A stretch of DNA of 64,000 nt, from the NCBI GenBank assembly GCA_013265495.1, contig MU061633.1, positions 2,220,073-2,284,072 on the forward strand. The letters run 5' to 3'. A model generated the notes under the pieces. It was given only the letters and a program-made list of their open reading frames with translations, did no database searches and was not told the DNA's origin. This stretch comes from Vicugna vicugna. Lineage: Eukaryota. Made by a program: the position numbers and the translations under genes. This document shows positions 35,959 to 49,304 of the stretch, piece after piece; position 1 is the stretch's first letter, and every line of letters starts with the position of its first letter.

Positions 35959-36442
35959 GTTTGTAATGGGAATTTCTATCCCCACAATCAGTTTCCAAAC
36001 TAGAGCACCTCATTTAGTTGAAATTCTTTCCAGACAGCAGGCAAGGAAAAAGAATATACCTATTTGTATACAAGCCTGTATTTCTCAAAAGTGAAGCTGG
36101 CTCTATCCTTAAGTGATTAGAAAGCCTTCCTGGCTCTGACACCTGTCCACTTACTGCCCACCCCAAGAGCTATTCTCAACTCCTCTGTCAGTTATTGCCT
36201 CTATCATGAAGTTGAATAATAATGGACTCACAGTTACAAATTTATTTTATACAGTTTTCCCTTCTGTACCTATATTTTTTGTGTTCATACTGAGAAACGG
36301 GATTAAGAGCTAGGTTTTCCTACTTGTTTTTACTGCCTGTGGTGTCTAACACAAAGCTATACACAAACTAGGGACACTATAAACACTGATAGAAAAGATA
36401 AAATACAGGAAGGGGAGAAAGAGATGGAAGAAATAAAAACAA

Positions 36443-36466
36443 GGAAGGAAGGAAGGAAGGAAGGAA
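36443..36466. repeat. (GGAA)n microsatellite
   Basis: ggaaggaaggaaggaaggaa. Confidence 0.9.
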
Positions 36467-38155
36467 AGGGAAATTCAAAATATATTTCCTGCAACACCAA
36501 GACTAAAAGGAAACCATTTAATTTCTTATAAGAGTGACTTGTCTTCATTCATGGGAAACAGATACATTCCTAACCTTGGTTGTTCTCTGCTACTGTGAGG
36601 AACATGCATTTCTAGACTGAAGAGTCACAGGCAGGCTGGACTGTAATTGGATGCAACTCATATCAGCTACTTAAGAGAAGCAACGTGCCTTTCTATTTGG
36701 AAAATCTTAGGAGTGCCCTCAAATGAAGAATGAAAGGCAATTTGTTTAAAAATGAGTGCTTTCTTTCAGAACACTAAGTTTCCTTACAAACAACTATGAC
36801 ATAGAGGCTCTTTTCTAAACTGAAAGCCTTAACTCCTGCCTGAGACTGAGCCTTCTCCTGATTAGTTTAACCAAAATATAAGGATTTTCAATCTTATTGT
36901 AAGTTTGATTTGCAAATTGGATGAGTGCTTATCAGTAGAAAGTGTTGCTTCCATGACAGTCTCAAGTTGAGCATTTCCAATTGAAAAAAAGAGCATCCTT
37001 TCTCAAATGTTGATGCTCTATATTTACTACAGGATTCTATATTAAATTGAAAGAATGTAAAATTGTATAATTTACATTTATTTCTTTATACTATGTGAAA
37101 GCAAAGTAAGGTTAAAGTAAAATTACTTAAATATGATTATTTATTTTTCTCTTTACCTTCAACCATTAATTTTTATTGATGGTGATTTTTCACTTCTTCA
37201 TGCAACTCTGATTTTATTTATCCATATATATATATGGATTACATTTATTATTTAATGAGTAATTGCTATATGCAAATGATAGTTTGTAAGATTTGCAAAA
37301 GTATGTAAAAAGACAAAATTCAACACTCCTTCATGATTAAGACACCCAACAAGTAGGAATTGAAGGTACTTTCTCAACCTGAGAAATGGTGTCTACAAAA
37401 ATCTCACAACTAACAGCATCTCTTACCACTTCTATTCAATATTGTGCTTGTAAATTCTAATCAGAGCAGTTAGGCAAGAAAATAAAATAAAGGCCTCCAG
37501 ACTAGATAGGAAGATGTAAAACTATTTGTTTTTGCCAATGAAATAATCTTATATATAAAAGACCCTAAGGAATCCACTAACAAATCAGAAGTAATAAATG
37601 AGTTCAGCAAGGTTTCAAAATATAAGATTAATATACAAATGTCAATTGTAATTTTATACTTGTAATAAATGATCCAAAAATGCATATAATAAAAACAATC
37701 CATTTACAATAGCATCAAAAAGAATCTAATACAAAGAAATAAACCTAACAAAATATATGCAAAATTTATACTCAAAAAGTATACTGAAAGAAACATTATT
37801 GAAAGATATTACAGAAACCCTCAATAATTGAAAAGGTATCCTGGATTGAAAAACTTGTTAAGATGGCAATACTTTCCAAACCGATCTACAGATTTGATGC
37901 AATTGCTATTAAGATCCCAGCTGATTTCTTTATGTAAACTGATGAACAGATTCAAAAATTCATATGGAATTGCAAGGGGCCCAATAGCCAAAGTAACGCA
38001 GAAAAAGAACTCACACTTTCTAAATTTACTGTAAAACAGTGGTAATCAAGACAATGTGGTACTGGCATAAGTGAGGATGTATAAATCAATGGCATAGAGT
38101 TGAGAATTCAAAACTAAGTCCCCATGTCTGTGGTCAACTGATTTTCACCAAGTGT

Positions 38156-38284
38156 NNNNNNNNNNNNNNNNNNNNNNNNNNNNNNNNNNNNNNNNNNNNN
38201 NNNNNNNNNNNNNNNNNNNNNNNNNNNNNNNNNNNNNNNNNNNNNNNNNNNNNNNNNNNNNNNNNNNNNNNNNNNNNNNNNNNN
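38156..38284. other. Assembly gap, 129 N
   Basis: N run inside L1 ORF2. Confidence 1.
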
Positions 38285-38424
38285 TGTAAGAGCTTAATCC
38301 ATAAAAGTTTTGGAAGAAAACATAGGCTTAAATCTTCATGATCTTAGGCTAAGCAATCATTTCTTACATATGACATCAAAAGTACAAATGACAAAAGAAA
38401 AATACAGATAAACTGGACATCACC

Positions 38425-38590
38425 AGTGACTCAGGAATTACCAAATCCTGCCAACATCACATTAGTGTGGAAGCTGATCTCTTCTTAGTAAAGAGGAGGC
38501 CTTGTGAGCAGCTTGAGACAGAGGTTAAACTAGTTAAGCTGCACTAGGAATGCTGACCCAGATAACAATTTTTTGTTAAGGCACCCTTTA
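38425..38590 (+). mobile_element. MLT1D/E-like LTR fragment inside the L1
   Basis: aatcctgccaaca...ggaagctgatctcttc...ggccttgtgag. Confidence 0.45.
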
Positions 38591-39989
38591 AAAGATGGTC
38601 AAAAAATAAATTAAAAAAATAATCAAAGGGACTGAATAAACACTCACTGAAGGAGGATTATATAAATGGCCAATAAGCACAGAAAGATGCTCAGTATCCT
38701 TAGCCATCAGGGAAATGTAAATAAAGACCACAAGAGACTACTTCACACCCATGGATGGCTATAACAATAATTTAAAAAACAGGTAATAACAAGTTTGGAG
38801 AGGACGTAGAAAATTGGAACTTCATATGCTGCTAGTGGAAATTTAAAATAGTGCAACCACTTTGGAAAACAGTCTGGTGTGTACTCAAAAAGTTACATAT
38901 GAGTTACCATGTGACCCAGCAATTCCATTTCCAGGTATGTGTTTATGTTCACAAAAATCTTCTACACAAATGTTCATAGCAGCATAATTCATAATAGCCC
39001 CAAGCAAGAAACAACTCAAAAGCCTGTCAATGGATAAATGGATAAAAAGGTAGTATACTCATATTATTCAGCTACGTGAATTAACCTTGAAAATATTCTG
39101 CTGAGTTAAAGAAACCCATCACCAAGGACCTCATATGGTATGATTACAATGCCCAGAAAAGGCAAACCTATAGAGACAGAAAGTACATCAGTGGTTGCCT
39201 GGGGCTGGACAGAAGGAAGTTGGAGGGGAAAATGGGGAGTGACTACTGAAAAGGTCTTACTTTTTAGGATGATGAAAATGCTCTAATATTAATTATGATA
39301 ACAGTTCTACAATTCTGTGAATATTTTAAAAACCACTGAATTGCATACTTTAAATGTGTAAATTGTATGATGTGTGAATTATATCCCCAGAAAGCTCTTA
39401 CAAAAGAAATAAACAAAGAAGACTTACAGTCCCTATGTGCAAGGAATTCACATTACAGAGAAGAGAAACACCTCCAGTTGTTCTATAATACAGGGAAGGA
39501 GGAGTAGAGGAGGTGATCTAGCATCAGAAAAAAGGAGGCACAATCTAATGCTAACAAAGCATGGGGCCAAGATGTTATTTTAAAGATTTACAAAAAACAT
39601 AAATTTGAACAACTGATTCTTGGGGCTGAAACTTAAAGGAAGAGAAGGAATTCTTACCCAAAAGGAATGCAAGAACATTACAGGCAGATGGAAAACTATA
39701 AGGAAAGATGTAGTTTCTGATTCAAATTTTGACTGAGACCTTTGCTGGCTTTTTCATTTCATTGGTTTTCAAGCACTACAACACACACTTCAATTATACA
39801 ACCATACGTTTTATTCTGATGACTTGGAAATAATCAGAAGATCATTTATACTTGCACATAGGAGACATAAACCACTCCCCTCCCAACACACACACACACA
39901 CACACTCACAAACACACCATTTTCCTTCTGCAGTGAATGATTTTTCTGTAAGAAATCTTAGATATTAAACACTGTGTGAGGGGCACTCG

Positions 39990-40340
39990 AAATGGAGACT
40001 TGACAGCCGAAGACTTAACCCTCAAAGATCCTTTAGTCTAGCCAAGAAGAGAGACAAGAAAGCTTGCAATTCACTGTTTGTGATCAATAACGTGTGACTA
40101 CTACGTGAACTCACAGCACTAAATCCAGACTGGGGTGGATCAGGGAAAGTTCCCTAAGGACCATGCTTGAGATGATCACCAAGGGATGGCTGGGTGAGTG
40201 TTAGCCAGGAGGATGAAGGATGAACGGTACCTATTGTGGTACATTTATAGAACCACTTCTAAGTCAGTCTGACTGCCAGGCCATGTATCTGGGAGTATGG
40301 AAGACACTAAAGGGGAGGTAAGCCAAGGACAGAATACGAC
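39990..40340 (-). mobile_element. L2 fragment
   Basis: ccctcaaagatcctttagtctagcc...ggtggatcagggaaagttccctaagg. Confidence 0.55.
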
Positions 40341-41091
40341 GTCAAAAGTACTGTTGAAACATTTCCTTAAACAATCACAGCAAGGTGCATGAAAAAAAGA
40401 ATTCATATACATGGGTTCTACTATGCAAACATCCTCTAACCAAACATGAATCTGTAGGACCTTTTGATTTCAATTTCCTTGTATCTAAAATGAGTAGTAT
40501 TTAAACTTGTTATAAAACTTCAGCCTCAAATTCTAGGATCCTGTACATCTGCAGACATGCCTCTGGCACAGACCTTTATAATAGAAAATCATATTTCCTA
40601 GAAGCACATCACTAAACCATCACCACAACAATGCTTTTTACTTAAAAAACAAGTTAAGTAAGAGTGCAGAATGACTTGAAAGCAAATCTAAGAAATGTCA
40701 AGAAACTTAGTTTATTCCTTTTCCTTTGCTTCCCACTCTGTAAGATATTGTGCCAGCCTTTCTAACCTTTGATGCAGAACACACGAGGGGCCTCTGCTCT
40801 CCTTAGAACTGCGGTACTCGGCTCCAAGTACCAGGCACTGACCCTCTGCCAGACTTTTACGTCTCCGTGGAACCAAGCTCAAACCACAGGCAGAATGGCT
40901 TACACAGTAGACTGTGTATCGCGCTGACGTTAGATGTGGGACTGCCAGGTCAGATCCCATGTTTGAATAGCTGTGTCATGGTTGGAAAATTCATCCTCTC
41001 TTTCTCAGTCTAACTATATAACTAAATCACTATGTCCGATACACATGTATGTATATTACACACACATTCACATACATGTACATATCTATAT

Positions 41092-41640
41092 TTATATTAA
41101 TTGTGGTATTTTTAGTCTGTTATTCTGATATTTTGACATCTTAGGGCCATGCAGACCCTGGAGGGCTGCCTCACCCAGGATAGCACACAACTGGCCTATG
41201 AATGCACTGTCATATTCAAACCAACCAATCCAGAACCCATACTCCCAACCACTTTCTTTATCTAGCTTTTCTACTTCAGACCACTGTCTACTGGCCCCAA
41301 TCATCCCAAGACCAGGTATCAGTGAACTAAGGACAGCCCCTACACTCTAAAGCCTTCTGAAATTATTCCAACTAGCCAGTCCTAAAACCTGCTTACCTTG
41401 TCTCACCTGCCCATTCCCTCCTGCAGACACCATAATCAAGACTTTTGCCACAACTTCCCCCTTTCCCTCTGCCTCCTGATTGACTCCAGTACTTCTTCAG
41501 GAGCCTTCTCCTCCATGCCGCCCATGGCATGGCATGACTCCTTCTCTTGAGATTTGGGAGTATAAGAAACTATCTTTTCAATGTCAGTTGCTACCTGATC
41601 TGTTGGCTTTGTCGTACCTAAATGATAATAAAACATATAC
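41092..41640 (+). mobile_element. MER74 (ERVL) solo LTR
   Basis: ttgacatcttagggcc...gaccctggaggg, caaaccaaccaatccagaaccc, aaactatcttttcaatg, cctgatctgttggc. Confidence 0.88.
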
Positions 41641-41751
41641 TTTATCCATATTCTTGGAGTGGAAGAATCAATATTGTTAAAATGGTCATGCTACCCAAGG
41701 CAATATACAGATTCGGTGCAATCACTATCAAATTATCAATGACATTTTTCA

Positions 41752-41808
41752 NNNNNNNNNNNNNNNNNNNNNNNNNNNNNNNNNNNNNNNNNNNNNNNNN
41801 NNNNNNNN
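41752..41808. other. Assembly gap, 57 N
   Basis: N run inside L1. Confidence 1.
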
Positions 41809-42461
41809 CCTTGAAAAAAAAAAAAAAAAAGAATGGAGCAGAGGGAATTATGTGCCCTGACTTCAGACTATACTGCAAAGCTACAGTAATCAAAACAGTA
41901 TGGTACCGGCACAAAAACAGACACAGATCAACAGAACAGGATAGTAAGTCCAGAAATAAACCCACACATTTATGGTCAATTAATCTACAACAAAAGAGGC
42001 AAGAATATACAGTGGAGAAAAGACACTCTCTTCAAGTAGTGGTGCTGGAAAAACTAGACAGCTACCTGTAAAAGACTGAAATTAGAACATTCTCTAACAC
42101 CATATACAAAAATAAACTCAAAATGGATTAAAAACTTAAATGTAAGACCAAATACTATAAAACTCCTAGAGGAAAACACAGGCAGAACACTATTGGACAT
42201 AAATCACAGCAATATATTTTCTGAACCAGCTCCTGGAGTAACGGAAATAAAAGCAAAAATAAACAAATGAGATCTAATTAAACTTAAAAGATTTTGCACA
42301 GCTAAGGATACCATCAACAAAGTGAAAAGACAACAGAATGGGAGAAAATATTTGCAAATGATGCGACAGACAGGGGGCTTACTTCCAAAATATACAAACA
42401 GCTCATACACCTTAATATAAAAAAAAAAAAAGCAAAAAAAACAAGCAACTTAATCAAAAAA

Positions 42462-42637
42462 NNNNNNNNNNNNNNNNNNNNNNNNNNNNNNNNNNNNNNN
42501 NNNNNNNNNNNNNNNNNNNNNNNNNNNNNNNNNNNNNNNNNNNNNNNNNNNNNNNNNNNNNNNNNNNNNNNNNNNNNNNNNNNNNNNNNNNNNNNNNNNN
42601 NNNNNNNNNNNNNNNNNNNNNNNNNNNNNNNNNNNNN
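42462..42637. other. Assembly gap, 176 N
   Basis: N run inside L1. Confidence 1.
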
Positions 42638-42819
42638 CTGGAGGGGCTGTGGAGGAAAAAAAAAAAAGGAACCCTCCTATACTGTTGGTGAGAATGTAGT
42701 TTGGTGCAGCCACTATGGAGGACAGTATGTAGGTCCTTATAAAACTAAAAATAGACTTAGCATATGATCCAGCAATCCCACTCTTGGGCACATACTCAGA
42801 GATAAATATGATTCAAAAA

Positions 42820-42984
42820 NNNNNNNNNNNNNNNNNNNNNNNNNNNNNNNNNNNNNNNNNNNNNNNNNNNNNNNNNNNNNNNNNNNNNNNNNNNNNNNNN
42901 NNNNNNNNNNNNNNNNNNNNNNNNNNNNNNNNNNNNNNNNNNNNNNNNNNNNNNNNNNNNNNNNNNNNNNNNNNNNNNNNNNNN
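42820..42984. other. Assembly gap, 165 N
   Basis: N run inside L1. Confidence 1.
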
Positions 42985-43029
42985 ATAGATGGACCCGGAG
43001 ACCAACATTAAACTAAAAATGTTTTAAAA

Positions 43030-43830
43030 AAAATAAAACATTCCATAATGCCACATAGTATTGAACTACTTAAGAATTAACTTAACTGGAATAACAAAAC
43101 TCCTATGGAGTTAAAATCCAATAAGAGACATAGAAGATGATTTGAATAAATGGAGAAACTTCCACGCTTTTAGGTAGAATAACATCAATTTAAACATATC
43201 AGTTTTTCTCAAACTAATCTACAGATTTAATGCAAGCCCAATAAAAATTTAAGTTGGATGATTTTTTTTCTTTTTTTTACACCTGGTAATCCTAAAATGT
43301 ATACGAACTGAGATTGGCTAAGGAAACCTTAAAAACAGTAAAGGAAAGAAGCTTAATGTTACCAGATATTAAGACGTGCAGCAAGACCGTAGTAATAAAA
43401 ACTGTTTTATTGGTATAATAACAGGCAAATTGACTAATGGAAGATAAAGAGCCCTGAGACAGATTCACTAATATATGAGACCTAAATATATAATAAAGGT
43501 GGCACAATTAATTAATGGAAAAAGAACATAGTTTTTAGTAGATGGTGTAAGCAAATACTGGTTCCCGTTAGCATGAAAAATGAATTCACATCCCTATCTA
43601 ACACCACAGAAATTATGAATTCTAGAATGAATAGAGACATAAATGGGAAAACTAAAACTGAATACTTAATGAGAGTTTTTCTTCTCCCAATTTTAAAATC
43701 AATAAAAAAAATTGTTTTCTGAAACACAAATTGATCTCCTGTCAATCAAAAAAATCTCCTAAAAGAAAATTCTATTAAAGATACTAACAGGCAGGAACAG
43801 AAAGCAATAAAATAAATACATGATGAGATG
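43030..43830 (+). mobile_element. Very old L1M ORF2 remnant
   Basis: gatttgaataaatggaga, ctaatctacagatttaatgcaagccc, taccagatattaagacgtgcagcaagaccgtagtaataaaaactg. Confidence 0.75.
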
Positions 43831-44479
43831 ATCAAAATCATTTCTAAACAGATATTTGTGTATTAAAACACAAGGAGATAGTATTGTGCACTTAATAGAC
43901 TAGCCATTTGCAACTTTCTAGACCATGTTATTTCCCGTCTTTTAGAGGCACAGTTTTCTTTATTAAAGTTAATTAATAAATTGCATTCGAAGCAGAGCTT
44001 AGAGTAAGCTTTCTTAGAAATTTATTATAAAATCATTTCCTTCTCTAGATAAGTTCCTCCTCATTAAATAGAGTTATTAAAGTCTCAACAGAAATGCCTT
44101 GGTACAACCACTAGCACTGATAACACGGGCTGTTACTCTGTTCGTCACAGTGATGCAGAAAAAGACTGTAATATTTGGTTGCATTTTATGCAACGAGTTA
44201 AGGTTTGGTTTGGTGAATCCTATCACATCTTTATTTCCAGCAGTGCATTAGCCTTCCAAGAGCTGTAATCACTGAAGTTTCAAATGATAAGGAATAGTGG
44301 AAAGTTTAATTTAATTCATCCCATTCAATTATTTAATTAATCATTCATTTAATCACTCTTTATTAACAAATATTAATTGAGGTTCATTCTTAAGCATTGA
44401 TTTAAATTCTGAGAGTTCACTAATAAAGACAGAAATAGTGCCTGTCCTCTAGAAGCTTATAATCCAACATGATTCAAGA

Positions 44480-44635
44480 CTTGGCTCCATGCTTATAAGT
44501 TATGTGTTCACTGGAAAGTCACTTAAAACCCATTTGAAACTGGAGCGCCTCATCTGTGTAACTGAAATAAAAATTCCCACCTTGCATGGTGATTGTGAGA
44601 ATTAAGACATGCTGTGTATATACAGTGCTTATTCC
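44480..44635 (+). mobile_element. MIR SINE fragment
   Basis: cctcatctgtgtaactgaaataaaaattcccaccttgcatggtgattgtgagaattaa. Confidence 0.7.
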
Positions 44636-45929
44636 AAAACCAGAATTTTTCTGCATATCAACTATCTTCCCATTAATCATTCCATTATCTGAAGGCAAAC
44701 GGGACAGATAGAAATAGTTTGCCTTTTTGCCTTGGTGGAGTTAAAGGGCTCCCATTCCATTGTGGACCTTGTGAATTCATGGCTTCTTTGAGAGAATCTA
44801 CATTTTCACTATGCAAAACATTACCTGCTGTGTATATTCTATAAGATTCTTCATTATGAGTAGCTCCCAAATAGTACAGGATTGTTCAACAGAAGAATTC
44901 CACTGTATTTCAACAATCTCATTATCACCTGTTTTGTCACATACATGCGCACACACACACAATTTGGCATTGCAAAACCCATAAATCTAAAAATTATTCT
45001 TAGCCGAGGTGTTTAGCCTCTATTGAGAAGAACGCTAAGTATTTATTTGGCTGTCAACAGAAGGAAGAATGAATGTGAACATTGGCCAGTCTCCTGGTCT
45101 CGTCCACAGGCCAATAGTCTTTCAGTGAATACAGCAAAAGGAATGCATCGGTGATTAAACACCAGGCTTCACACACACATGATCCTGAGCTCTTCTACTG
45201 TGATTATTTTCCCAGAAGCCCATAAAAACGTTTGACTCACCTCTTCCATTTTACAGGTGATACTTCCTCCAGTTGGATGCAGTAAGAAGTCCTGTCCCCT
45301 CAGCCAAATGGTTGGGTATCCAGATGACTCTAGGTGGAGAAGAAAGCCAAGATGTTATTGAACACACCACGTTTAATGGGGGGGAGGGGGGTAGAAAGCA
45401 TCAGTCCAGATCCCTTTTAGAGAGAGTAGGTAGAACCTGGCCAACTAACAAAGGCAAAGGAAAGCTACAAAGACTGAAGGAGATAAATCTAAGAGGTGGT
45501 GTCCTGATGAAGTTAAGAACAATTTAATTAGCAAAGCATTCCTAAGGAGGGGCAAATCGAGTCACAGGTGATGTGGCAATGGTGCTAGAAGCCACCAATC
45601 CGCTCATATAGTGGTCTAATGTACACGTGTGAACAATCAACTGACGCTTCACTGCATTTGGTCTGCCGGTTTCAGTTTTGCATACAGTTTTTCAGGACTG
45701 GCCCATTTACAAATACACAGGAACAAAACAATGCACCTTAGAGAGAAATATAATTCTAGGGCAATAAAAAGTTGAAATTCCTTATGAACCTTAATTTAAA
45801 AAACCTCTGAGAGTGGATGATGCCAGGGTACCAATAAGTAACATTTCTTTTTTTTCATTCGTGTTAAAGATACTTAATTCCTTTTATTGTTTTTGGCACT
45901 CTAATGTATGGAATAAAGATCATTTCAAT

Positions 45930-46628
45930 TATGTTTTGAATTTTTTTAAGTTTTTACACTGTATGAATGTTTATAAAGCAAAATGACATTTTTGTTGTTG
46001 TTCAGTTTTAAGTTACATTGTAAGTATAGAGAGTTAAGCTTATTATCCTAAGCGCAATGGCATTATCTATCTCTACAGTGACACTGGTTTAATATCATGG
46101 TTTCTCCAGTTCTCTGGGGCTCAGTCTCATTCTATAGTCCACAAGTACTCAGTATCAAGTTCTCAATATATAAATATGCCTAGTGTTGTTTTACATGTGC
46201 GTGTTTTCACTTAAATAATATTGTGTTGTAACTCATCTTTCTCTAACTCTAACACTCTTGTGAGGGTCTGTCTGTGTGGCTGTAGGCATCCAGTTTGTGT
46301 TTCTGCCTGATGCTTATGGTTCCATAGTGGGCATCTATCACTTAGGTATTTTCTTAGGGATTAATGTAAATTGCCTTCAGTTCCCTGTCACCAAAAATAA
46401 CACTGAAAAACAGGCTTGTGCATGACCCTTTATGAACAGTTATAAGAATTGTTCTGGAATATATACATAGGATTGGGCTGGCTGGGTCACAGGGAAAAAT
46501 TACTTATTTTAGCTAATTATTTCCTAATTGCTTCTCAAAATGATCATTCCTGTTTACTCTTCATCAACAGTGCATAAAAAATTCTTGTCCTCTCAAGGTT
46601 TTGACAGCAACTGACAATTCCAGTATTT

Positions 46629-46659
<31 letters not shown>

Positions 46660-47050
46660 TCATCGTGTTAGAGCTTCTGTGTCCGGTGAGCTCAAGCATG
46701 TTTTTATATACTCTTTGGACTTCTGGACTTCAGTTTCTATACATCACCTCGTCACTTTGCCCACTTTCTTACTGGTTTCCTATTTCAGCCTGCTAACTTA
46801 AATTATGTTTTGAATATTAACACCTTCTTAATTTTAACATGAAAAATACCTTTTTAACATTAAAAATGTGTAATCACTACACACAGTTATGGCTTGTGTG
46901 TTGGAGTCTTAATTAGATTTTTACCACTTTTAAGTCATTAGAATATTCTCATACAACGACTTCTATTAGATATATAGTTTATCTTTATGTGCTAATAGTC
47001 AATATTTAGAAACATTTGTGATTTTCAAGCACTTTTTAAAGCATTTCACA
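45930..47050 (-). mobile_element. Old L1ME 3' region with internal T28 run (46631-46658)
   Basis: tgtgcatgaccctttatgaacag, ggattgggctggctgggtcacaggg, ggtgagctcaagcatgtttttatatac. Confidence 0.65.
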
Positions 47051-47054
47051 TATT

Positions 47055-47220
47055 CTAGCATATTTATATAGCCAAACAAATGAGATAATTATTATCTCCA
47101 TTTCACATTTGAAGCATCAAGAAATTAAACAATTTGCCCCAAATTACACAGCCTGGAAGTGAAAGATTCCAGATTTGTACCCATGGTATCTGTGCTTCAC
47201 AATCCATGCTCTTATATTTT
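47055..47220 (-). mobile_element. MIR SINE fragment
   Basis: attattatctccatttcacatttg...aaattaaacaatttgccccaaattacacagc. Confidence 0.7.
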
Positions 47221-47984
47221 TTTATACCAGTGCAGTGCATCTTTTCAAGTTAACAATACTACCTTCCTTCTTACATTTTTTCCCTCCCCTCTTCTCCCCT
47301 TCCTCTTTCCCTCCTTCCTTACTTTTCTGCTTTATTTGATTTTTCTCTGAATATTTAACCCCTTACTATGCTGGATATAAATTATTAGTTGCAAGCACAG
47401 GATTGTTATTTAAGTCTAGATGACATCACGAAGAGATAGGGCAGGGAGCACCAGGGACTGAGCTCTGAGACACTCAACAGTAAGATGGAGCCAAAGAGTA
47501 AAATTTTCTTTGCACAGCCTGCTGCTACTGACCTTCCTTACCCTGGCTCCAGGTCCCCTTGGCCCTGAGTGTCCTTCCACTCTGAGGCCCCACTGAATCT
47601 CAGTACATATTACACATTCCTCCAGCAAAATGAGTCCACTGGCAGGCACCCAGGAACACAGAGTCATCCATGAGGCTCCCCCAGCAGTCTGGACTTTCTC
47701 CAATTGTGGTCATAGGTAGCCGCAGAGACAGGCATAAACTCAGGCCCTGGAGACTGGACCAAAGGCATGGTGGGTTGGGTGGGTGGAACCACAGGCATCC
47801 TGTACAGTCGCCAACCAGTGACCTCTACTCAAGCATTGCCAAAGGGAAGAAAAAAAAAAAAGGCACATCATAAAAAGTAAAAGGATCCTATTATCTCCCG
47901 GCCCCCTGTCTTCTCCCACAGAAATGCATGGCTGATTTTCCAGGAGTCTAAGATTCTTAGTTAATCACTACATAACGCTAATAG

Positions 47985-48480
47985 TTACAGCAACCACTTC
48001 TTATGGAAGCCAAAAAAAATAAGATAGGCACTGTACACTCATTATCTTTCAGCTTCAGGAAACCCTTGAAATGTAGGTGTGATTCTTTCTGATTCAGAAA
48101 TGTTAAGTAATGTACTCAAGGCTGCACACCCGGGAAGCAGCAAAACCAGCACTGAGACCCAGACTGCCTCCATGTCAGTGTTCGTGGTCTTTCTCCTTGA
48201 ACGCATCGCTATTCACAATAATGTGAACAGCAATAAAGAATATTTGTGAGTACTTAATATGCATTGGACACAGTGTCAAGGGATTTCCACAAACGTCCTC
48301 AGTTATCCTGATAACAATCCTAATTGGATCAATTCTTTCCTCCTCTAGGGTTTTAAAATAATTATTATTTTCTTAAACAGATTGCAGAACTAAGTCTTAG
48401 ATACAGAAGCAACTTGCCCAAGGTCCTAGAAATACTAAGACCTGGAGATGGAATCTGAAATCAGAGACATGTGACCCTGG
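47985..48480 (-). mobile_element. Two adjacent MIR fragments (about 47985-48180 and 48240-48480)
   Basis: gttaagtaatgtactcaaggctgcacacc; gcaacttgcccaaggtcctagaaatactaag. Confidence 0.65.
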
Positions 48481-49304
48481 GCCCCCAAATCTTGACTCCC
48501 TTGTCTCCCCAGTATGCAGCTAGCCATTGTCATCTCTGTGGCTCACCCTTCTCCTGGGGATACACTTTGACATACTTCCTAACAGCTGTTGAAATCAGTG
48601 CATTTCTAGGGCTCAAAAAATATTCAGTATCTCATAGGAGCTTGAATTACTGCATGAGTAAGTATGGTTTTTGCCTTCAGAGAACTGTAGTTCTGTGAGG
48701 CTATAAACTCCTTGCTTGGTTTCTTTTTGTATACCCTCAAAGTGCCTGGATGCGTGTTAGCATAAACGAGTTAATGAATAAATATTCTTACAGAAGGAAA
48801 GAAGGAAGAATTGGTTAATTAAAATGCTCAGCTCTCGAGCACAACTTCCAGCCACACTGCGAAAGAGGAGATGGAGGAGAGTGTCCACCTCCAGTGATGA
48901 ACACAGCTCTCAGTTCAGCAGAAGCTAGTTAAAACGAGACGTTAAAATGTCAGCCACTATGATCCAAACCTCCAATTTCACCCAGAATTGATGCCTTCCT
49001 AGAAAAAGAGGAAGAGTCGGCGAAGCACTTCTTGTACTTCTCAGACAGAGTCCCTGGAGCCAGGCCAAGCCAACAAAAGATGGATGGGGGACACATGCTA
49101 TTTATAATATGGTCCATGTGGAAGCCTCGTTTCCTAGAAGTGCCTATTGAATCCCTAGAAATTCTGACTTCAGGTGACTGTGAAACCAATTAACACAGCA
49201 CAGACGCACAGGCACTCACATGTGCGTAGACACATGTGCGCACACACACATGTGGGAGCCACATTTCCCATCAGAAAGATGAACTCTTCCCCGTTTCCCT
49301 CTTA

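Larger units (their letters stand above)
37300..39405 (+). mobile_element. Old L1M ORF2 remnants and 3' end, internally deleted
   Basis: ccacttctattcaatattgtg, aagatggcaatactttccaaaccgatctacagatt, ccatgtgacccagcaattcc, gagacagaaagtacatcagtggttgcctggggctgg. Confidence 0.9.
41645..43003 (+). mobile_element. Younger L1 ORF2 3' portion, truncated at both ends, with frameshifting A-run expansions
   Basis: Translates [20 protein letters not shown] and [23 protein letters not shown], both L1 ORF2 hallmarks; no 3' UTR or poly(A) seen. Confidence 0.93.
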
